Positions 39,242-48,611 of a stretch of 64,000 bases of DNA are shown in pieces. Below the pieces are notes generated by a model that saw only the letters and a program-made list of their open reading frames with translations, did not search any database and had not been told where the DNA came from. Made by a program: the position numbers and the translations under genes. Origin of the DNA: Verrucomicrobiota bacterium (GTDB lineage Bacteria > Verrucomicrobiota > Verrucomicrobiia > Opitutales > Opitutaceae); contig JAEZGX010000009.1 in assembly GCA_023416735.1 (NCBI GenBank), positions 40,788 to 104,787 of the forward strand, given 5' to 3'. Each line of letters starts with the position of its first letter. Within the stretch, counting starts at the first letter, position 1.

Positions 39242-40469
39242 GCCAAGGCTCGTCGACGCCGAGCACCGGCAGATTCGCGCGCATCAACGCGCGACGCAGT
39301 TCCGCGCCATGCGCCCGATCACGTGTTTCGACCGTGCAGATCGCGCGCACCGCACTCACGTCCGGCCCGCTGAACGCGCGGTCGTGCGTGATGTCCTTGA
39401 TGCTCGCGCCCGTCTCGGCGATCACGCCGCTCAACGCCGCAAGACCTCCCGGCCGATCGCTGATCGACACCACAAAACGGCAAAGCCGGCCGTCCGCCAC
39501 GAGCCCGTGCTCGATCACGCGACTTAGTTTCGCGGGATCGATGTTTCCTCCGCACGTGGTCAGCACGACGGTTTTCCCGCGCAATTCCGGCAACTTCCCG
39601 GCCATCAATGCCGCGAGCGGTGCCGCGGCCGCGCCTTCGACCACCGTCTTCTCTAGTTCGACCATGCGCAAAATCGCCAAGGCAATCCAGTCCTCGGCCA
39701 CCGTCACGACACGGTCAACCCGCGCGCGCGCCAGCGAGAACGCATTCGGCCCCACTTGGAGCACAGCGAGACCGTCGGCGAGCGTAGGACGGCGTCCGAT
39801 TGCCACCGGCCGGCCGGCTTTCAGCGCCGCCCTGAAGCTCGCGGTCTCGCGCGATTCGACGCCGATAATCTTCACCCGCGGGCGTAGTGCTTTAACCGCT
39901 ACAGCGAGCCCGGCGATCAGTCCGCCTCCTCCGACTGGTGCGACAATCGCGTCGACATCCGGCACCTGCGCGAGGATCTCGAGCGCCATCGTGCCCTGCC
40001 CTGCGATAATCGCCGGATCGTCGAAGCCGTTGATATAAGCCAGCTCCTCCTTCGCCGCCAACGCATCCGCGCGTGCCCTCGCTTCGGAAAAATCCTGGCC
40101 GTCCAGAATCACTCGTGCGCCCATCCGCTCGCACGTCGCCCGCTTGATCAGCGGCGCGTGCGTTGGCATCACGACGGTCACCGGCACGCTCAACAGCTTG
40201 CCGTGATACGCGAGACCAAGTGCGTGATTGCCGGCCGATGCGGTGATGACGCCGCGACGTCGCTTCGCCGGCGAAAGCAGCGCCAACGCGTTGCGCGCGC
40301 CGCGCTCCTTGAACGAACCGGTGCGCTGCAGGTTGTCGAGTTTGCACCAGATCCGTGCGCCCGTGATTTCAGCCAGCGAAATCGATTCGGGACACGGCGA
40401 CCGCAGCACGTGTTTCGCGATGCGGCGCGCGGCCACCGTGATGTCGGTCAGAGAAACAGGAGATTTCAT
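39216..40469 (-). CDS. ilvA: threonine ammonia-lyase (threonine dehydratase) with a C-terminal ACT-like domain
   Basis: It has the PLP lysine motif (SFKERGARNAL), a glycine-rich loop (VGGGGLIAG) and a regulatory C-terminal domain. Confidence 0.85.
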   Translation of the reverse strand: MKSPVSLTDITVAARRIAKHVLRSPCPESISLAEITGARIWCKLDNLQRTGSFKERGARNALALLSPAKRRRGVITASAGNHALGLAYHGKLLSVPVTVVMPTHAPLIKRATCERMGARVILDGQDFSEARARADALAAKEELAYINGFDDPAIIAGQGTMALEILAQVPDVDAIVAPVGGGGLIAGLAVAVKALRPRVKIIGVESRETASFRAALKAGRPVAIGRRPTLADGLAVLQVGPNAFSLARARVDRVVTVAEDWIALAILRMVELEKTVVEGAAAAPLAALMAGKLPELRGKTVVLTTCGGNIDPAKLSRVIEHGLVADGRLCRFVVSISDRPGGLAALSGVIAETGASIKDITHDRAFSGPDVSAVRAICTVETRDRAHGAELRRALMRANLPVLGVDEPWLRRSGSRA

Positions 40470-40509
40470 CGCCCACGAAAAACTCCGCCAGGCAGCGGTC
40501 GCTCACAAC

Positions 40510-41847
40510 TCATCGACGAATGCCGGCCTGTTCCAGCAACCAGCTTCGCACGCGTTCGTCGACTTCGGGAAACACCGTGTGCCCCATCTTGCGCGCGACC
40601 AGCAGGCGTTTCGGCGCGGACAAGGTGTTGTAGGTCGAGAACACCGAAGTCGGCGGACAATTTTCGTCGATATAGCCGATCGCGACGAGCATCGGTGCGC
40701 GGACGCGACGCGCGAGATTGACGGTGTCGTAGTAACGTGTCGTTGCGATTTTCTCCGGGGTGCGGTGACGGCTCTCGGCACCCCGCATCATGTGCGGCCA
40801 GCCTCCGGCCCGGTCATGCAGATAACCGGTGACGTCGCAGTAAGCCGGCACGATCGCCGCCGCCGCGGTCACACGCGGATCGAGCGCAGCAGTGGCGAAA
40901 GTCAGTTGGCCGCCCTGGCTCGCGCCGAACATGATCAAATTTTTCCCGTCCCAGTTTTCGCGCGTCGTGAGGAAATCGTTTGCGCGCAGACAGCCGAGAT
41001 AAACCCGCCGGTAATAATACGTGTCGCGATCATCGAGATTGTAGAGCTGATAACCATCGAGCGCGCCGGTGCGCATTTGTTCGTAGACTTCCGTCTGCTG
41101 CGTGACGGGAATTCCGTGAATGCCGATTTCGAGCGTGATCGCGCCGCGCTCCGCGAGCTCGCGTTGGCCCGAATACGCTCTCACGCCAGCGGCCGGGACG
41201 CGCAGGATCGCCGGATAACGGCCGGGTGCTTTCGGTTCGCACAAAATGCCGAAGATGCGGCCGGGATACGGCATGGCGGCGGTCGTGCGACTCCACGTGC
41301 GAAAGCTCACGTGGTAAACATTGATCGCGCCGCGGCTGGCCTCGGGGATTAGCTCCAGCCGCGGCTCCAGCGGGATCTTCGCGAGCTCGGCTTTGCTCGC
41401 GCTCCAAAATACGTCGAAATCGTCGGCGTCCTCCTGCGTCGGCGCGATGTGCTCCGGCGCGAAGCCCGCGGCTGCGAGCGAACGATAGTCGCGTCCGTCG
41501 ATTTTCGTCGTCACCACGCAACGGATGAACCCCGGCTCGCCGAGCGTGCCACCGTCAATCGTCGCGCCTTCGGCCGAAACGGTGACCGCTCGCTCTTCGG
41601 CCGGCATGCCTTCGGGACCGACGCGATACTTCACCTCCGCACCGGCGACCGGCTGATCGTCGGCGGTCACCCGAATGAGAAATCTCACCCGCTCGCCGGT
41701 AGCATAGGTCCACGAGTCGCGATCGGGCGCAACGTCGAGTTGGACAACGGCGACGTGCTCGTCCGCCGGGCTGTCGATCGCGAGAGCAACAGGAATGCAG
41801 GCGAATGCCAACAGCCAGACGCCGCGCGGCCACCTCCCCCACGCCAT
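40510..41847 (-). CDS. acetylxylan esterase / cephalosporin-C deacetylase-like (CE7-type) with an N-terminal extra domain
   Basis: The nucleophile elbow is GASQGG and the alpha/beta-hydrolase C-terminal half ends at ..GHTVFPE. A signal-like N-terminus begins at the ATG at 41847, and a GTG at 41868 is an alternative start. Confidence 0.7.
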   Translation of the reverse strand: MAWGRWPRGVWLLAFACIPVALAIDSPADEHVAVVQLDVAPDRDSWTYATGERVRFLIRVTADDQPVAGAEVKYRVGPEGMPAEERAVTVSAEGATIDGGTLGEPGFIRCVVTTKIDGRDYRSLAAAGFAPEHIAPTQEDADDFDVFWSASKAELAKIPLEPRLELIPEASRGAINVYHVSFRTWSRTTAAMPYPGRIFGILCEPKAPGRYPAILRVPAAGVRAYSGQRELAERGAITLEIGIHGIPVTQQTEVYEQMRTGALDGYQLYNLDDRDTYYYRRVYLGCLRANDFLTTRENWDGKNLIMFGASQGGQLTFATAALDPRVTAAAAIVPAYCDVTGYLHDRAGGWPHMMRGAESRHRTPEKIATTRYYDTVNLARRVRAPMLVAIGYIDENCPPTSVFSTYNTLSAPKRLLVARKMGHTVFPEVDERVRSWLLEQAGIRR

Positions 41848-41884
41848 CGATCGAGGGTGAAATTTCACGGGAAAAGCGAGGCCG

Positions 41885-43114
41885 TTATTTCGGCGCCCAT
41901 TGCGCGCGGCCGCCGCGCTCGGCGAGGAAGGTCATTCCTGCTTCGAAGGCGACGAGGTGCGCATCGACGAGTTGCTCGGGAGTATGCTTCGCCACTTCGC
42001 CCGCGCGGTTTTTGCCGGCGAAACTGTGCGACGGCGACTCGATCAACACGGCTAGCGCGCCGCAGTGGAGGTTGAGCGCCGTATCCAGATTCATTCGCGG
42101 CGTGCCCTTTTTTGGCGGCGAGGCCTCGAGCGCGACGTCCTTGGTGCTCTGCAGTCCGGCCTCGGTGAGCGCGGTGTGCACGGCGCGATAGAGCTCGTCG
42201 AAGATCGGCAGCAGCGCCGCTTCCGTCGCGGGCCGATGCATGCGCACGAAATAATTTTGCGGCGGTGCGCCTGTATGCATGTTGAACATCAGGTCCGGGC
42301 GCTCGCGCGCCGTGAGGTCGAGCAGCGCCTGCGTCTCCGGCTGGCGCGCGCCGAGGAAATCGTCGTGCTGGATATTGACGCCGGCGTCGTTCGGGTAACC
42401 GCCGGGAAACTGCGTGCGCGCGAAGTCGAGCGGGATGAACTCCTTGACCGTCGGCCAGCCGATGCGCGTGCCGTCCTTCCACACTCCCGTGTTGAAGTAG
42501 GTGTGGAATCGATTGTCGGTGTCGCAATACGGCTGCATGCGCAGCGGGATCCGAGCACGGCCGTCGACGTTGACGACCGGTATGAGCACGATCCGGTCGA
42601 GCCGCTCCCGCGCGGCAACGATCCCCGGCCACTCCTTGCCACGCAGGTCGCGACCGGTTTCGAGCACCGCAATAAGATTCATCACGCCGACGATGCCTTC
42701 AAACTCGCCCCCGTGCACTGCGCCCATGCCGACAAAAACTTTCTTGGCATGATCGGGACCGAGATACGCGCGAACGTCGAAGAAACCGAGTGAACCGGAA
42801 AACGTCGTCGTGCCCTTCCCCTGCCGCGGCGAACCGTAAGACACCGCGCGAATCGGCCGACCTCCGGCGGTGTGACCGATGACTTCCACGTGGCCACGCT
42901 TCACGTTCTTGGCGAGATACTGCTCGATTGCGTCGACTTCGCTGAGCCAGAAATCCGGGATCGTCTCGGCGTTCTGCAGATACTCGGCCGGAATCTCGGG
43001 AAACGCCTTCGGCGCGGTGACCGCCGCTGTCGCAGGGCTCAGCGCCAGCGCGGCGGCAAACCCAACCGCGCACGCATGACGGACGTTAAAAATGGAGCGA
43101 GAGGAAGAGATCAT
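41885..43114 (-). CDS. secreted M14-like (zinc carboxypeptidase-fold) protein, tentative
   Basis: A signal peptide begins at the ATG at 43114. HGGEFEG (HxxE-type) and NVDG motifs resemble M14 peptidases. The upstream 109 codons of the track ORF overlap the neighbouring gene and are rejected. Confidence 0.5.
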   Translation of the reverse strand: MISSSRSIFNVRHACAVGFAAALALSPATAAVTAPKAFPEIPAEYLQNAETIPDFWLSEVDAIEQYLAKNVKRGHVEVIGHTAGGRPIRAVSYGSPRQGKGTTTFSGSLGFFDVRAYLGPDHAKKVFVGMGAVHGGEFEGIVGVMNLIAVLETGRDLRGKEWPGIVAARERLDRIVLIPVVNVDGRARIPLRMQPYCDTDNRFHTYFNTGVWKDGTRIGWPTVKEFIPLDFARTQFPGGYPNDAGVNIQHDDFLGARQPETQALLDLTARERPDLMFNMHTGAPPQNYFVRMHRPATEAALLPIFDELYRAVHTALTEAGLQSTKDVALEASPPKKGTPRMNLDTALNLHCGALAVLIESPSHSFAGKNRAGEVAKHTPEQLVDAHLVAFEAGMTFLAERGGRAQWAPK

Positions 43115-43208
43115 AAGGTGCAGGGTTGGAGGTGGGCGGATCGGGAGCGGAACCCACCAACAACGGCGGGCTCCACCTTTGGGATGAAAAACGGGTGCGA
43201 GAACATGG

Positions 43209-44273
43209 TTATTGCCCGGCGAGCCAGCTCGCGCGGTGTTTTGCGACAAAGTCGTCGTCACAAAGCCACGGATACGCCTGCGACACGCGGGTGATTTCAC
43301 GCGCCTGGCCGGGCGAAAGTTGTTCGTGGGGATCAAGGCAGGCTGTCGTCGCGAGCAGTCCCTGACGGCGCAGCACTTCATGGATGCCGGGGAGACAACC
43401 GGCGAAACGATGTGCGCTGTCGAAGATCGCAGCGTTCGCATCCGTTAGCGCGGCGTTGCGCGTGAGCCAGAGCTGGTCGATGCGACCGCGCGAGCGCGCG
43501 CGTTGCAGCTCACGAAACAGCGTCACCGCCTGCTCCGTCCACACGCCCCACTGCCCCAACAATCCGCCATCGAAGTGACGCGTGCGACCAGCGAACTCGA
43601 AAGGCGTGAGCAGGTCCGCGATGATGTTGTCGTCGTTGCCCGTGTAGAGCGCCACATCGTCGCGGCCGGCCTCCATCACCGCGCGCACGACATCAAGCGT
43701 GCGGTAGCGATCGAATGGAGCGAGCTTCACGGCGACCAGCTCTGGAATCTCGGCGAACTCGCGCCAGAACCGATACGAGAACGTCCGCCCGCCCACCGCC
43801 GGTTGAAGATAGAAACCGATTAGCGGCAGTTCTTGCGCCACGCGCCGGCAATGTTTCAACACCGCATCTTCGGCGTCCTTCGCCCACGCGCCCAGGCTGA
43901 GCAAGCCCGCCTCGTAGCCAAACGAACGCGCCGTGCGCGCCTCCGTCACGGCCTGCTTGGTTTTGCCACAAAGGCCCGCGATCAGCGCAAACCGGCGCGG
44001 CTGTTTCGCGCGTCCGAGCCACCCTTTCGCAGTTTCGGCGGCGAGCGCCAGCACGCGGTCGTAGAGCGCGATTTTTGGATCGCGAATCGCGAACTGCGTT
44101 GAGTGCACCGCCACCGCGAGACCGCCGGCGCCCGCGTCCACGTAGTAGCGCACAAGTCCCCGTTGGCGACGATCGTCCCAGCGACGATCGGTCCGCAGCG
44201 CCAGCGGCAGCGCCGGGATGACTTGCCCGGCGAGAAGATGCGAACGCAAGGAGACGGAAGATGCAGTGCTCAT
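43209..44273 (-). CDS. DapA-like TIM-barrel family protein (DUF993-like), tentative
   Basis: 354 aa with composition and segment order (..YYVDAGAGGLAVAVHSTQFAIRD..) resembling DHDPS-like or DUF993 proteins. The function cannot be assigned by eye. Confidence 0.45.
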   Translation of the reverse strand: MSTASSVSLRSHLLAGQVIPALPLALRTDRRWDDRRQRGLVRYYVDAGAGGLAVAVHSTQFAIRDPKIALYDRVLALAAETAKGWLGRAKQPRRFALIAGLCGKTKQAVTEARTARSFGYEAGLLSLGAWAKDAEDAVLKHCRRVAQELPLIGFYLQPAVGGRTFSYRFWREFAEIPELVAVKLAPFDRYRTLDVVRAVMEAGRDDVALYTGNDDNIIADLLTPFEFAGRTRHFDGGLLGQWGVWTEQAVTLFRELQRARSRGRIDQLWLTRNAALTDANAAIFDSAHRFAGCLPGIHEVLRRQGLLATTACLDPHEQLSPGQAREITRVSQAYPWLCDDDFVAKHRASWLAGQ

Positions 44274-44313
44274 GAAAACAGCAGCGTGGAAAGGTGAAAT
44301 CGAGAGACTCAGA

Positions 44314-45381
44314 TCAGAATTTTCCGTCGCGGCGTTCGAAGCCCGTGGGCTTGCCCCATGTCTCCGCGGGTCCGCGCAACCAGGCCACCGTCCAGCGCAT
44401 CATGGTTTCAAGGGAGGTGGGCGGCAGACCGAACCGCTCGTGCGATCGCCGTGCATTGTTGAGCCAGGCGGTTTCGGCTTCGCGACCGGTCACGATCGCG
44501 GGGCGCCCCAGCAGCTCGCCGAAACGTTGCGCGAGTTCGCGCACGGAAAGAATGGCAGGACCGGTGACGTTCACCGGCACGGCGGGCGAGCCGGCAATAT
44601 CCAGTGCCTGGATGCTGTGCTGCACCGCGTCGGTTTGCCAGATGACGTTAACGTGCCCCATCGCGACATCGACGGGCGTGCCGTTCATCACCTTCTGCGC
44701 GATATCGAGCAGCAGCCCGTAGCGAAACTCGACCGAGTAGTTCAGGCGAATCAGCGCGACCTGGGTGCCATGCGCGGCGGAGACTTCAGCGAAGGCGCGT
44801 TCGCGTTCGATGCACGACGCCGCGTAAGCCGCCGGCGCGGGATCGACCGGCATGGACTCGTCCGCCCCACCCGTCTCCGGACGCACAAACGGATACACGC
44901 AGCCGGTGGAGAACGCGACGATCTTGGAGGTGTGATAACGCGCCGCGACCAGGCGTGGCATCTCGACATTCATGCGTCGCAGGAGATCGGACGCGGCCGA
45001 GGTGCCGAACTTCACGCCGGCAAGAAAGAACACCGTCGGCGCCTCCGGCAGTTGTTTGAGCGCCGCCTCGTCTGAAAGATCGCAGGCGACCGTCGAAATG
45101 CCGCGGGATTCGAAGTCGTCGCGATCTCGCAGCGTTGAGAAACGCGACACGGCGATCACCGGATCGCGGCGCCCCATGGCTTCCAGTCCGCGCTGCACCA
45201 TGGCGCTCAGATGCAGGCCCATCTTTCCGCCCGCTCCGAGCACGAGCACCGGACCGGGATGGCGTGCGAGCGTCGCCTCCACCGCGGCTGAAGGCTGGCT
45301 CAGAAAGTCGTCCACCGCGTCAGGAGCGCACGGCAGTTCAGGCCGGCCGTCGCCAAAAGAAGGTTCAGACGGGTTCGTCAT
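44314..45381 (-). CDS. NAD-dependent epimerase/dehydratase family protein
   Basis: It has a Rossmann motif (VLVLGAGGKMGLHL) and extended-SDR layout. I prefer the ATG at 45381 over the TTG at 45423. Confidence 0.75.
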   Translation of the reverse strand: MTNPSEPSFGDGRPELPCAPDAVDDFLSQPSAAVEATLARHPGPVLVLGAGGKMGLHLSAMVQRGLEAMGRRDPVIAVSRFSTLRDRDDFESRGISTVACDLSDEAALKQLPEAPTVFFLAGVKFGTSAASDLLRRMNVEMPRLVAARYHTSKIVAFSTGCVYPFVRPETGGADESMPVDPAPAAYAASCIERERAFAEVSAAHGTQVALIRLNYSVEFRYGLLLDIAQKVMNGTPVDVAMGHVNVIWQTDAVQHSIQALDIAGSPAVPVNVTGPAILSVRELAQRFGELLGRPAIVTGREAETAWLNNARRSHERFGLPPTSLETMMRWTVAWLRGPAETWGKPTGFERRDGKF

Positions 45382-45461
45382 GACGGTGATAAAGCAAGGT
45401 GTCCAACGCGCATTTGAACTCAAGAAAATTGGCCGGTGAAAGCTGGATTTCGCGGATCACT

Positions 45462-45695
45462 TCAATTCGAAGAAGTCGCCTCGCGCGCCGAAGCACCGCG
45501 CGACGAAAACGGATGCGGGCGACAGCGGTCTTTGTATCTAGTGGCGCGATACGCTTCGAAGCGCGCTTCGACGTCCTCCGCCCGCGCCGAGTAGGCGCAT
45601 TGGGGACAGTAATGTTCGTCGCGTGCGGCATCGTGCAGAAGGAACACGACGTCGACATCCCGCGCGAAGCACATGGGGCAGCGGTAGGTTTTCAT
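45462..45695 (-). CDS. small zinc-ribbon protein (77 aa)
   Basis: Two CxxC pairs (CPMC ... CPQC) are present. The start overlaps the stop of the upstream gene (ATGA), which indicates translational coupling. Confidence 0.5.
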   Translation of the reverse strand: MKTYRCPMCFARDVDVVFLLHDAARDEHYCPQCAYSARAEDVEARFEAYRATRYKDRCRPHPFSSRGASAREATSSN

Positions 45696-47437
45696 GACGC
45701 GCTCAGGATCAATCGGGTTCTCAAGCTCTGGCCCGCTGCAACGGTGCCAATGAGCGTTAGCGTGTAAAACGGCTGAAACATGAAGCCTTCGACCGCTTCG
45801 CCGCGCGCGCCCCCCCCGACGGGCTCGAGCGCGATCCGGCTGTGGACGGGCGGCAGCGTCGCTTCGACGCGATGCGGAGCCTCGACGCGCAAGGTGCGGG
45901 CCTCATATGCATAGACCAGCTCGCGTCGTTCGGTCGCGTCTTCCGCCGACAACACAAGGCCGCGCATGTCCTCGGGATACTCCGTCGTCCCCCAGCAGCC
46001 GCGGTGCGTTTCCGCGAGTTCGATGGTCGCAGAAGGATCCGACACCGTGAGCAGCCGCCGCTCGATTTCGACGATGCCCGCGCCGGGAAAACGAAAGACC
46101 GAGGCGGCCGTCACCGTGACATCGCCCACCGCCAACGTGATCGGATCCGTGACGAGCTCTGAAACACCGTCCGCGCCGCGCGTGACACGCCCCGCAGTTC
46201 GACTGGCGGTGAACGCCACGCGACTGCCGCGGCATCGCACTTCGGCGGTCTGACGCGGGCCGGCGGCGACGCCGCCGCGATGCTCCGAACTGATGAGATA
46301 CGGGTAATTTCCGTTCCAGAGGTTCTTTGTATCCGAACCCATATTACGATCGAGCTGTCCGATCAGCGGGCGCAGATCGCAGATTGTGCCACCCGCGTTG
46401 AGGTCGATCGTGAGGCGGAAATACGCGTCGACATACCAGAACATCTGCCGGCGCGAACCGCACAGGATGTCGCTCCACAGATTCACTTCGGGGCGATTCA
46501 CCGGAATGTGCGCGCGCACCCACTCCCCTGTTTCGCTCACGCTTTGATCCCGCACCAGGCCTGCGGCTTTCCGATCGGCGAGATATGCGAGCGACTCGCC
46601 ATACAAGCGGCGCGCGGCGAAATGGTCCGGCGTGAACGGATGCCCGGGCGAAAGCCACGGCGGGCTCACGAAGAGGCTGTAGTAAACGTGATTGTTGTAG
46701 CGGAGCTGCTCGAGCCACTGATCGATGAAGTGCAGCAGGTAATCGCAACGATCGCCGTCGTTGGCCATCGCGCGAATCAGGTTCACCGGATGGCTCGCAA
46801 ACAGATCGTCGCGGCTCGTCAGCGACAGCACCATGTCGCGATTCAGATGCGGCAGCGCGACGAGCCCGACCGCATCGTCCTCGCTCACCGCCGGAGAGAG
46901 ATGGCAGTTACGCGACGGATAAAAAATGCCCCACGGCCCGCCTTCGCTGAACAGATGCCACTGGCGATTGTTGCCATGATACATCTTCAGCCCCTCTTCG
47001 AAACAGCTCACGATCGCGGTCCGCAGATAGGGAAACTCTGCGCGTAGGAAACGCAGCGTCGCTGCGTCGAGAATGTAGGAGCCGAGCGATTGCGGCGGAC
47101 AACCGAAGACCGTTTGAAAGCGCTCGATCAGAAAGCGGATGACCGCGAATCGCGTCGCTGACGGCAGCAGATAGATCGCCTTCTCCTCGGTGCCGAAACG
47201 CACGCGATAGTCGTCGCAGACCAGTTCGTGCAGATGAATGCCCACCTCGACGCCGTGCTCCGCCGACTCGCGGGCAACATACTCGCACACCTCGGGTTCG
47301 AACAACGCCCCATACGTCACCAGGATCGTCGTGCGCAATCCGTGACGATGCGCCTCCGCCTGTTGATAGCGCAGCACCTCGAGCCGCGCGGCGCCGCGGT
47401 CTGCCCGGTGAATGACATTGAGCAACATCTGCCTCAT
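45692..47437 (-). CDS. uncharacterised 581-aa protein (no domain recognisable by eye)
   Basis: This long ORF has genome-typical composition and is coupled by ATGA overlaps to both neighbours. It has no signal peptide and no TM segment. Confidence 0.6.
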   Translation of the reverse strand: MRQMLLNVIHRADRGAARLEVLRYQQAEAHRHGLRTTILVTYGALFEPEVCEYVARESAEHGVEVGIHLHELVCDDYRVRFGTEEKAIYLLPSATRFAVIRFLIERFQTVFGCPPQSLGSYILDAATLRFLRAEFPYLRTAIVSCFEEGLKMYHGNNRQWHLFSEGGPWGIFYPSRNCHLSPAVSEDDAVGLVALPHLNRDMVLSLTSRDDLFASHPVNLIRAMANDGDRCDYLLHFIDQWLEQLRYNNHVYYSLFVSPPWLSPGHPFTPDHFAARRLYGESLAYLADRKAAGLVRDQSVSETGEWVRAHIPVNRPEVNLWSDILCGSRRQMFWYVDAYFRLTIDLNAGGTICDLRPLIGQLDRNMGSDTKNLWNGNYPYLISSEHRGGVAAGPRQTAEVRCRGSRVAFTASRTAGRVTRGADGVSELVTDPITLAVGDVTVTAASVFRFPGAGIVEIERRLLTVSDPSATIELAETHRGCWGTTEYPEDMRGLVLSAEDATERRELVYAYEARTLRVEAPHRVEATLPPVHSRIALEPVGGGARGEAVEGFMFQPFYTLTLIGTVAAGQSLRTRLILSAS

Positions 47438-48492
47438 GCGAGGGGCAAGTTCACAGCAGCTCCGGTTCGATCGCTCTCAGCCATCGCCGCAACCACCCGA
47501 ATGCCTTCAACGATGGTTGCAATTCCTGCCGCGTCCAGCGGTCGGCGCCCGGCAATCGCGTCGGCGAATTCACGCCATGGATACTCACCACTCCGCGGCG
47601 CCACTTCTTCCGTCGCGATCAGCCGCCGCTGCGCGCCGTCGCCCATTACAAGGCTGAGCCGCGCCGACGAGCCCGACGCGGGGCGCCACGGCATCGCCGG
47701 ATCCAGGTTGCGATAGATCGTCCCGCGTTCGCAGTGCAGCAGCAGGCTGTTCAGATAACGATCTCCGTCATCGCAGCAAAAGGTCGCAAAAACACTCGCG
47801 AGTCCACCGGAGCGAAACCGAATCGCGAGTTGCCCCTGGTCCGGCGTCGGTCGCCCCGTGCGGAGCCGCTCTCCTTGCGCGAAGACCTGGCTAGCGGGAC
47901 CGAAAAGACGCACGAGGTCGTTGATCGCGTAAATCCCCAGCCTAAACACCGGCGCGAGCGGACAGCGGAGCGGATCGTCATACCATGAGCCGTCCGCCTG
48001 CTCCTGCACGTTCGTCAGCATCTCGGCACGGGCCGCCACTGGCCGGCCGAGATCGTAGTCACGGATCCACGTCTCCATGCGCACGACATCCGACGGTTGC
48101 GGACTCGGCGAATTGACCTGAACCACGCGGCCAAGCCGCCTCGCCTCCTGCAGCACCTCTTCCGCCGCCTTTGGATCCAGCTCGAACGGTTTGGTCGTGA
48201 TCACGTCCTTGCCCGCTCGAAGACAAAGGCGGATGAGATCAGCCCGTCCAGCGGGCGGAGTGAACAACGCCGCGACCGGAAGTCGCGGATCGGTCAGCGC
48301 ATCCTCCAAACGCTCGAAACCCGGCACCGCAAGTTCCGCCGCTGTGCGCTGCACCAACGCAGCATCGCGATCGCAAACCGCCGCGACGCGAATCCCGTCG
48401 CCTTCCTCTCCGGCCAAGATCCGGTCAATCAGGTAGCGCCCAAACCGAAGGCCAACGATCAACAGCGGCAACTTGTCGGATGCGGACATCAT
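47434..48492 (-). CDS. Gfo/Idh/MocA-family NAD(P)-dependent oxidoreductase
   Basis: It has an N-terminal Rossmann region (LLIVGLRFGRY...AAVCDRD) and the conserved ..ITTKPFE.. motif (EKP-type position). Confidence 0.8.
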   Translation of the reverse strand: MMSASDKLPLLIVGLRFGRYLIDRILAGEEGDGIRVAAVCDRDAALVQRTAAELAVPGFERLEDALTDPRLPVAALFTPPAGRADLIRLCLRAGKDVITTKPFELDPKAAEEVLQEARRLGRVVQVNSPSPQPSDVVRMETWIRDYDLGRPVAARAEMLTNVQEQADGSWYDDPLRCPLAPVFRLGIYAINDLVRLFGPASQVFAQGERLRTGRPTPDQGQLAIRFRSGGLASVFATFCCDDGDRYLNSLLLHCERGTIYRNLDPAMPWRPASGSSARLSLVMGDGAQRRLIATEEVAPRSGEYPWREFADAIAGRRPLDAAGIATIVEGIRVVAAMAESDRTGAAVNLPLA

Positions 48493-48525
48493 CGATGCCG
48501 CACAAAAACAACATATTTTTCGTTA

Positions 48526-48556
48526 CGCAACATTCCAGTTTTGTTGCGACCAACAA
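48526..48556. promoter_or_regulatory. overlapping inverted repeats in the AT-rich region upstream of the seven-gene array
   Basis: CGCAACA-N9-TGTTGCG (48526-48548) overlaps TTGTTG-CGAC-CAACAA (48541-48556). They lie about 35-65 nt upstream of the start at 48492, in the most AT-rich 120 nt of the neighbourhood. Confidence 0.3.
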
Positions 48557-48611
48557 ATAGATTCCCGTTGGCGCAGCAGTTCAAGAGCACAACCCGAGGA
48601 TCCGGAGCGTT

